A DNA stretch of 32,000 bases from Synechocystis sp. PCC 6803 substr. PCC-P. Lineage in GTDB: Bacteria > Cyanobacteriota > Cyanobacteriia > Cyanobacteriales > Microcystaceae. Of this stretch, positions 8,813 to 15,519 are shown piece after piece; position 1 is the first letter of the stretch; the number at the start of each line of letters is the position of its first letter. Both the position numbers and the translations under genes were made by a program. Below the pieces are notes generated by a model. That model was not told where the DNA came from. It ran no database searches and saw only the letters and a list, made by a program, of their open reading frames with translations. The stretch lies in NCBI RefSeq assembly GCF_000284455.1, contig NC_017039.1, positions 3,240,001 to 3,272,000 on the forward strand. Direction: 5' to 3'.

Positions 8813-10735
8813 ATGGCTAAAAATACTCAAACCCAAGCCCTCAAAATTCTTCCCCTCGGTGGCCTGCACGAAATTGGTAAAAATACCTGCGTCTTTGAAT
8901 ATGACGATGAAATTTTACTGCTTGATGCGGGGCTAGCTTTCCCCACCGACGACATGCACGGCGTTAATGTTGTACTGCCGGACATGACCTACCTGAGGGA
9001 AAACCGGGAGAAAATCAAGGGCATGGTGGTTACCCACGGCCACGAAGACCACATTGGTGGCATTGCCTATCACCTCAAGCAGTTTGACATTCCCATTATC
9101 TACGGCCCTCGGTTAGCCATGGCCCTGTTACGGGACAAGCTGGAGGAAGCCGGTATGTTGGAGCGCACCAATTTGCAGACCGTCTCTCCCCGGGAAATGG
9201 TGCGTTTGGGCAAATCCTTTGTGGTGGAATTTATTCGTAACACCCACTCCATCGCCGACAGCTATTGTCTAGCTATTCACACACCTCTGGGGGTAGTGAT
9301 GCACAGTGGAGATTTTAAAATCGACCACACTCCCATTGACGGGGAATTTTTCGACCTGCAAAAGGTGGCGGAGTATGGCGAAAAAGGGGTGCTCTGTTTA
9401 CTGAGTGACTCCACCAATGCGGAAGTGCCTGGCATTACCCCCTCTGAAGCGTCTGTTATCCCCAACCTGGACCGGGTTTTTTCCCAGGCGGAAGGCCGTT
9501 TGATGGTGACCACCTTTGCTTCTTCGGTGCACCGGGTCAATATCATCCTCAGCTTGGCCCAAAAACATCAGCGGAAAGTAGCGGTGGTGGGGCGATCAAT
9601 GCTCAATGTTATTGCCCATGCCCGTAAATTGGGCTACATCAAATGCCCCGATAACTTATTCGTGCCCCTCAAAGCAGCCCGCAATTTGCCCGACCAACAA
9701 CAACTAATTTTGACCACTGGCTCCCAGGGAGAACCTCTGGCGGCCATGACCCGCATTTCCAACGGTGAGCATCCCCAGATTAAAATTCGCCAGGGGGATA
9801 CAGTGGTCTTTTCCGCTAATCCCATCCCCGGTAATACCATTGCGGTGGTCAACACCATTGATCGCCTGATGATGCAGGGAGCCAATGTAATTTACGGCAA
9901 GCATCAGGGCATCCACGTTTCTGGCCATGCTTCCCAGGAAGAACACAAAATGTTGTTGGCCCTTACTCGACCTAAATTCTTTGTCCCCGTCCATGGGGAA
10001 CACCGTATGTTGGTCAAGCATTCCCAGATGGCCCAGGCCCAGGGTATTCCCAGCGAAAATATTGTTATTGTCAATAACGGCGATGTAATTGAACTGACCG
10101 GCGATCGCATCCGGGTGGCAGGACAAGTTCCTTCCGGCATTGAATTGGTGGATCAAGCGGGTATTGTCCATGAGAGCACCATGGCTGAACGGCAACAAAT
10201 GGCCGAAGACGGTTTGGTGACGGTGGCGGCAGCCCTAAGTAAAACTGGCACACTGTTAGCCTATCCTGAGGTACATTGCCGGGGTGTGGTGATGACCATT
10301 CAGCCTAAGTTGTTGGAAGAACTAATTGTCCGCACCATCGAGAATTTCCTCACAGAACGCTGGTCAGAGTTCACCCATGGTTCCAACGGCTCCACAGAGG
10401 TTAGCTGGAATGCGCTGCAAAAAGAATTGGAGTCTAGCTTGCAACGCCTGATCAAACGGGAATTACAGAGTAGCCCCATGGTTTTACTGATGTTGCAAAC
10501 CGACACCCCCATCGAATTGGATCAGGTTCCCCAGAATGTAAGCACTGTCAGTGCGACTTCTGCTACACCAGCCCCCCGCAAAAAAGTGGTCCTGACTAAA
10601 ACCCCAGAACCAAAAGTGAAAGCTAAACCAGAAAAGAAAGTGGTCACCACTGCCGAGCCTAGCGCCCAACCGGTCAGTACCACTAAGGTTTACCGTCGTA
10701 GCCGCAAACGCTCTACCACTTCTGTTTCTTCCTAA
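8813..10735 (+). CDS. rnj: Ribonuclease J (metallo-beta-lactamase / beta-CASP RNase) with an extra basic low-complexity C-terminal tail
   Basis: 640 aa. N-terminus LKILPLGGLHEIGKNTCVFEYDDEILLLDAG, motif II HGHEDHIGG, beta-CASP segments and HVSGHASQEE. The canonical C-terminal domain ends around ...SSPMVLLMLQ. It is followed by a ~78-aa tail rich in K, R, P, T and S. Confidence 0.93.
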   Translation: MAKNTQTQALKILPLGGLHEIGKNTCVFEYDDEILLLDAGLAFPTDDMHGVNVVLPDMTYLRENREKIKGMVVTHGHEDHIGGIAYHLKQFDIPIIYGPRLAMALLRDKLEEAGMLERTNLQTVSPREMVRLGKSFVVEFIRNTHSIADSYCLAIHTPLGVVMHSGDFKIDHTPIDGEFFDLQKVAEYGEKGVLCLLSDSTNAEVPGITPSEASVIPNLDRVFSQAEGRLMVTTFASSVHRVNIILSLAQKHQRKVAVVGRSMLNVIAHARKLGYIKCPDNLFVPLKAARNLPDQQQLILTTGSQGEPLAAMTRISNGEHPQIKIRQGDTVVFSANPIPGNTIAVVNTIDRLMMQGANVIYGKHQGIHVSGHASQEEHKMLLALTRPKFFVPVHGEHRMLVKHSQMAQAQGIPSENIVIVNNGDVIELTGDRIRVAGQVPSGIELVDQAGIVHESTMAERQQMAEDGLVTVAAALSKTGTLLAYPEVHCRGVVMTIQPKLLEELIVRTIENFLTERWSEFTHGSNGSTEVSWNALQKELESSLQRLIKRELQSSPMVLLMLQTDTPIELDQVPQNVSTVSATSATPAPRKKVVLTKTPEPKVKAKPEKKVVTTAEPSAQPVSTTKVYRRSRKRSTTSVSS

Positions 10736-10749
10736 GATCCGGTATTGTT

Positions 10750-10790
10750 TTGGCTGGGGTTCTATCTATTGGGCCCCGGCCAATTTCTTT
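10750..10790 (+). terminator. Probable intrinsic terminator downstream of rnj
   Basis: TTGGCTGGGG (10750-10759) pairs with CCCCGGCCAA (10774-10783). This gives a 10-bp stem with one G-U pair and a 14-nt loop. A T-rich run TTTCTTTGT follows immediately. Confidence 0.55.
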
Positions 10791-10819
10791 GTCAGTCCGG
10801 TAATTGTTGAGCAAAATTA

Positions 10820-11554
10820 ATGTCCACTGTAATTCCTACCTCCCAAGAACCTGTCACCCTTCCCAATGAAATTCTAGAAATTTCCATCAGCATTGCAGTC
10901 AAGGAGTTAGACCCAACCCTAGTCAATGAACAGTTTTTGAAGTTCAGTGGCATTGTGTCCAACGAATGGGAATTGAACCAACAGCCAGTGGTAAGTAAAG
11001 CTGGTTCCCAATTGGTGTTTAAAAATGGGCTCAGCATTGTGGCCCAGCCCCGCTCCCTAACGTTTTTAGAAGGGATGAATGATAAAACGGCGGAAGTGGT
11101 AACCGTGGGCAAGGTCGCCAGTGCCTTTGTGGAAAAATTACCCAATGCCCAATACAACGGCGTGGTAGTAACCCCCAAATGTTTAATTCCCCTACCGGAT
11201 CAAAACGATGGGGCTCGGAAGTTCATCACCGGTACTTTGCTGGCATCCGGTGCCTGGCAAGATTTGGGCAAGGCCCCCGTACAAGCGGCGGTGGAATTCA
11301 CCTATCTTTTGGAAGGCTGTCAATTTAACCTCAAAGTTAACCAGGCAACTTTGCAGATTCCCGATCGCCAGGCAGTGAGTGCGTTGTTATTTGCGGGTAA
11401 CTTCAATTACAGCTTGAATAATCCCAATCCCCAGGAACGGGTCAGCGTGGCCAAACAGTACATTGAAGCGTGGCAATCCGACTTGGATACTTTCCGGGGC
11501 ATTGTCCACGAAAAATTCTTGGCGGAGCAACAACCCCAAACGGTGTTTGGTTAA
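10820..11554 (+). CDS. Hypothetical protein, 244 aa, no recognisable motif
   Basis: Uninterrupted ATG-initiated ORF in a gene-dense co-directional run. Its amino-acid composition is balanced, unlike the antisense ORFs. It fits exactly between the rnj terminator and coaE. I cannot assign any family from the sequence. Confidence 0.6.
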   Translation: MSTVIPTSQEPVTLPNEILEISISIAVKELDPTLVNEQFLKFSGIVSNEWELNQQPVVSKAGSQLVFKNGLSIVAQPRSLTFLEGMNDKTAEVVTVGKVASAFVEKLPNAQYNGVVVTPKCLIPLPDQNDGARKFITGTLLASGAWQDLGKAPVQAAVEFTYLLEGCQFNLKVNQATLQIPDRQAVSALLFAGNFNYSLNNPNPQERVSVAKQYIEAWQSDLDTFRGIVHEKFLAEQQPQTVFG

Positions 11555-11636
11555 TTCGGTATAACTATTTGGGGGTTTAACACCTCTAACATGGAGCAAT
11601 CAATCCGTAGAAATTTCCGTTGACCATACTTTATCC

Positions 11637-12242
11637 ATGGACACCAAGCCCCCTCGACAACGATTGATTGGTTTGACCGGGGGCATTGCTACGGGAAAAA
11701 GTACGGTTACGGATTATTTACAGCAAAAATACAGCGTCCCTATCCTCGACGCCGACCTCTATGCCCGCCAAGCAGTGGAACCGGGTTCTGAAATTCTAGT
11801 GGCGATCGCCAGGCGTTATGGCCCGGAAATTTTAGACCAACAGGGACAGTTAAAGCGCCAAGCCCTGGGGGAAATTGTCTTTAATAATGCTGAAGAAAAA
11901 CAATGGCTGGAGTCCCAAATTCACCCCTTTGTTGGGCGGTGTTTTCGGTCTGCCTTAGCTCAGTTAAAACAAGAGCAAACGGTGTTATTGAGCATTCCTC
12001 TATTGTTTGAAGCCCAGTTAACAGATTGGGTAACGGAAATTTGGGTAGTGACCTGCGGACCACAGCAACAGGTGGAACGATTGATCAAGCGCAACGGTTT
12101 GACGGAGGCAGAGGCTTTAGCTCGCATTACTAGTCAAATGCCCTTGGCGGAAAAGGTAGCTCTAGCGGATGTGGTGTTGGACAACTCCGGGCAAATTGCG
12201 GACCTAGAACCACAAATTATCAAGGCTTGGCATCACCGTTAA
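11637..12242 (+). CDS. coaE: Dephospho-CoA kinase
   Basis: 201 aa. N-terminal P-loop IGLTGGIATGKST followed by ...PILDADLYARQAV..., the typical CoaE layout and length. Confidence 0.9.
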   Translation: MDTKPPRQRLIGLTGGIATGKSTVTDYLQQKYSVPILDADLYARQAVEPGSEILVAIARRYGPEILDQQGQLKRQALGEIVFNNAEEKQWLESQIHPFVGRCFRSALAQLKQEQTVLLSIPLLFEAQLTDWVTEIWVVTCGPQQQVERLIKRNGLTEAEALARITSQMPLAEKVALADVVLDNSGQIADLEPQIIKAWHHR

Positions 12243-12387
12243 CATTTCCTTGCACTGATACTTCCATCAGGCGATCGCCAGGGCGAAAACTGGACTAAGA
12301 TTAAGTTCCGCAGAAACAAATCGAGCTCTATGCCGTCAGTGGGCATAAATCGCCAGAATTTTAACTTTTTAGACGCTACCATATTTA

Positions 12388-15300
12388 GTGTTTTGCCCCT
12401 ACAATGAGACTCCCCGCACACTAGATATGGAGTCTTGTTCCGGCAAGACCGATGGCAAAATGAATCACTTGCAAGAATGGCGGCAAAGTTGTGTAGACGA
12501 CCAACTAACCCGCCTCAATGTCACTCCCCTTTTAGGGGATGCCCCCGCCCAACATTTGCTTTATGCTGAAGCGCTCCAGCGCCGTAATGACGGCCGAGTT
12601 AGTGACGGTTTAATGAAACGTTATGCCCACGTGGCCTCGGGGGGCTGGTGGTGTTCTGGCATTGATTTACTGTCCGGGGAAAAAGATCTATGGGGGTGTT
12701 TTAAGCCCGATCGCCCGAGACAGGATGGGGAAAGCAGTAAGACCATTAAATATGAGCATCCTCCCAAAACACCCACGGGAATTTTTGCCCTGCGGGTGCC
12801 CCTCCATCTTTGGGAAAGGATTGCTGCTAAAGCTGGGGTAGTCCTGACAGAGGAGGATCAAGACCCAGACCAGCCGGATTTAGGTTTTTGGCAATGGTTG
12901 ATGGGCCATCCGGAAATTCCTCTGGTAATCACAGAAGGGGCAAAAAAGGCGGGTGCTTTACTCACGGCCGGTTACGGGGCGATCGCCTTACCAGGAGTCC
13001 ATAACGGTTACCGCACTCCTAGGGATGACCAGGGGCAACGGATCGGCAAATGCCAATTAATTCCCGCTTTGGGAAAATTAGCCGCTCCCGGCAGACAAAT
13101 TCTGATTGCTTTCGATCAAGACAGTAAACCCAAAACTATCCAGCAGGTGAATCTGGCCATTCAACGGTTGGGCTATTTGTTCAGTCGCCAAGGGTGTGAA
13201 GTCAAAGTTTTGCAATGGGAGCATCACCTTGGTAAGGGCGTTGATGATGTGATTGCCCACCAAGGCAGTGATTATCTACAACAGTTGGTCGGCAAGGCCC
13301 TGCCGCTGGAAATCTGGAAAGCCCAACGACTTAACCGCCTCACCCATAGCCGGGGGATGGAAGTGGAAGCCCGGTATTTACCTCCTTTAACCATTCCCGC
13401 TGAAGAAAAATTAATTGCCCTACAATCGCCAAAGGGCACGGGCAAAACGGAATTTCTCGCTCGCATTGTCCGCCAAGCCCAGGCCGAACACAGACCAGTG
13501 TTGGTCATTGGCCATCGCATTCGTTTAGTGCAGGAACTGTGCCACCGTTTTCAGTTGCCCTATGTGGGGGATTTATCTAGTTCCCCCCTAGCTCGCCAAA
13601 GGGGTTTTGGTCTGTGTATCGACTCCCTCCATGGCCATTCCCAAGCCCAGTTTGACCCGGAACAGTGGCAAGATTGCCTAATTATCATTGATGAAGTGGA
13701 GCAGGTGCTCTGGCATGGACTGAATTCCGATACCTGCCGTCGTCAGCGGGTGGCCATTCTCCGTAACCTCAAGCAACTTTTGCAACATAGCCTAGGGGGA
13801 GAAGGACAAATTTATGTGGCCGATGCGGATTTAACCGATGTTTCCCTCGATTATTTGATCAGCTTGAGTGGCATTCCCCTCCAACCCTACGTGATCCGTA
13901 ACCATTGGCAACCGGGGTTAGAAGAAGCATGGCCCATCTATCACTTTGGCGAAAATGACCCCAAGCAATTGGTCAAACAACTGTTGCATCACATTCGGGA
14001 GGGCGGTAAACCTTTCGTCTGTCTCTCAGCTCAAAAGCTCACCAGTGCCTGGGGCACCCGCAATCTGGAAGCCTACCTGAAAAAGCAGTTTCCCGATCGC
14101 CGCATTTTACGCATTGATGCCGAATCCCTATCCGATCCTCACCATCCTGCCCATGGCAGTTTGACCAACCTCAACCAAGTGTTGGCCGACTATGACATTG
14201 TGCTGAGTAGTCCGGCGGTGGAAACGGGGGTCAGCATTGACCTAAAAAATCATTTCACTTCCGTGTGGGGCATTGCCCAGGGCATCCAAACCGCCACTTC
14301 CGTTTGCCAATCCCTCAGCCGCATTCGCCAAAATATTCCCCGTTACCTCTGGGCCGCTAGCTATGGCTTTAACCAAGTGGGCAATGGAGCTACGGCCATT
14401 AGTAAGTTCCTCACCGCCGGCCATCGTTTGACGGAGGTTAATATCCGGCTGTTGCAACAATCGGATCTGGATAATTTGGATGATTTAGACACCGGTTTCC
14501 AGGCGGAATCTTTGCTCTGCTGGGCCAAAATGGCGGTGCGGATCAACCTGGCCATGGTCAATTATCGGGAATCCATTCTTGGGCTTTTGCACCAGGAAGG
14601 CCATCAGTTGTTGGGGCCGCCCCCAGCTTTACCGTCTTTGCCTGTTCCACCCAGCGATCCCGATCACCCCCTCAGTACGGTCGCTCCTCAGCCTTTGCAA
14701 CAGGCCATTGAAGCGGTGCGGGAACAAAATTACCTTGCCGACTGCCAGGCGATCGCCGACGCTAAACCCCTAAAAGAATTGGAATATCAACAGTTGAAGA
14801 AAAGGCTAGTGAAAAATAGCCACGAACGGCAACGGCTACGGCGCTACGAACTGGCCCAACGCTACGGTATTCCTGTGACGGCGGATCTGGTGCAAAAAGA
14901 TGACCAAAATTGGTATCAAAAACTGCGTTGGCATTACTTCCTCACCGTAGGCCGGCCATTCCTTGGCGATCGGGATGCCAAAATTGCCCGTTTACTATTG
15001 GATCAAGGACAAGGCAGTCTCTTTCTCCCGGACTTTAATGGTTCCCAATTGGGGGCCATCATCGGTACCTACGACATTATTGGCATTCCCATTCTGCTGG
15101 CCCATCCCCAACGGGAGTTGTGTGCCCTGGATGAGGACTTAATCGCCCTGGGTAAATTAGCCTTGGCTAACCGGGATGATATTAAAACGGTAGTGGGCAT
15201 TGGTTTAGCCAAAAATGCTAGCCCCATCACCATTGTCCGTCGTTTTCTGGAAAAGCTGGGCTTTGGGATCCAATTAACCCGTACGAAAACTGTAGAAAAA

Positions 15301-15498
15301 AAACGAGTGCGGATTTATCAAATCACCTGTCCCCAGGATGGACGAGAAAAGGTCTTTCAAGCTTGGCTCCAAGGCGATCGCCAATGTCCCGGCAGTTCGG
15401 AACAATGGATGGCGGAATATTGGAAAAAGTTACAGAGTTCCCCCAGGGCAGAGGAGCAACATCAACCCTTTGTGCAACTCAGCCTGGAGTTAGGATAA
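12388..15498 (+). CDS. Large Toprim/DUF3854-like primase domain fused to an SF2-type P-loop helicase, with an uncharacterised C-terminal domain (plasmid/phage Rep-like architecture)
   Basis: 1,036-aa ORF. The N-terminal part carries KYEHPPKTP, ITEGAKKA, IAFDQD and GKGVDD, i.e. the Toprim E / DxD / xGxDD pattern. The central part carries Walker A SPKGTGKTE, Walker B LIIIDEVEQ, SSPAVETGVSID and QSLSRIRQ, which resemble helicase motifs V and VI. A Pro-rich linker PPPALPSLPVPPSDPDHP follows, then a ~270-aa C-terminal region. The start is uncertain: GTG 12388, ATG 12427 (MESCSG...) or ATG 12460 (MNHLQEW...). Confidence 0.8.
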   Translation: MFCPYNETPRTLDMESCSGKTDGKMNHLQEWRQSCVDDQLTRLNVTPLLGDAPAQHLLYAEALQRRNDGRVSDGLMKRYAHVASGGWWCSGIDLLSGEKDLWGCFKPDRPRQDGESSKTIKYEHPPKTPTGIFALRVPLHLWERIAAKAGVVLTEEDQDPDQPDLGFWQWLMGHPEIPLVITEGAKKAGALLTAGYGAIALPGVHNGYRTPRDDQGQRIGKCQLIPALGKLAAPGRQILIAFDQDSKPKTIQQVNLAIQRLGYLFSRQGCEVKVLQWEHHLGKGVDDVIAHQGSDYLQQLVGKALPLEIWKAQRLNRLTHSRGMEVEARYLPPLTIPAEEKLIALQSPKGTGKTEFLARIVRQAQAEHRPVLVIGHRIRLVQELCHRFQLPYVGDLSSSPLARQRGFGLCIDSLHGHSQAQFDPEQWQDCLIIIDEVEQVLWHGLNSDTCRRQRVAILRNLKQLLQHSLGGEGQIYVADADLTDVSLDYLISLSGIPLQPYVIRNHWQPGLEEAWPIYHFGENDPKQLVKQLLHHIREGGKPFVCLSAQKLTSAWGTRNLEAYLKKQFPDRRILRIDAESLSDPHHPAHGSLTNLNQVLADYDIVLSSPAVETGVSIDLKNHFTSVWGIAQGIQTATSVCQSLSRIRQNIPRYLWAASYGFNQVGNGATAISKFLTAGHRLTEVNIRLLQQSDLDNLDDLDTGFQAESLLCWAKMAVRINLAMVNYRESILGLLHQEGHQLLGPPPALPSLPVPPSDPDHPLSTVAPQPLQQAIEAVREQNYLADCQAIADAKPLKELEYQQLKKRLVKNSHERQRLRRYELAQRYGIPVTADLVQKDDQNWYQKLRWHYFLTVGRPFLGDRDAKIARLLLDQGQGSLFLPDFNGSQLGAIIGTYDIIGIPILLAHPQRELCALDEDLIALGKLALANRDDIKTVVGIGLAKNASPITIVRRFLEKLGFGIQLTRTKTVEKKRVRIYQITCPQDGREKVFQAWLQGDRQCPGSSEQWMAEYWKKLQSSPRAEEQHQPFVQLSLELG
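12400..12405 (+). promoter_or_regulatory. Candidate -10 box (TACAAT) upstream of the primase-helicase gene
   Basis: TACAAT at 12400-12405 is 5 of 6 to consensus. If used, the TSS (~12412) would lie downstream of the GTG at 12388. That would favour the ATG at 12427 or 12460 as the true start. Motif only. Confidence 0.25.
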
Positions 15499-15519
15499 CT
15501 CCGACAAGAATGGCTAAGC

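Noticed and set aside
9704-10198. 164-aa minus-strand ORF inside rnj, plus smaller ones at 9277-9546, 9634-9885 and 9904-10140
   Set aside because: All are antisense to the well-supported RNase J frame and show no motifs. They are shadow ORFs.
10792-11178. 128-aa minus-strand ORF overlapping the 244-aa hypothetical gene
   Set aside because: Only one of the two overlapping frames can be real. The plus-strand ORF is longer, is ATG-initiated, fits the co-directional operon spacing and has a more protein-like composition.
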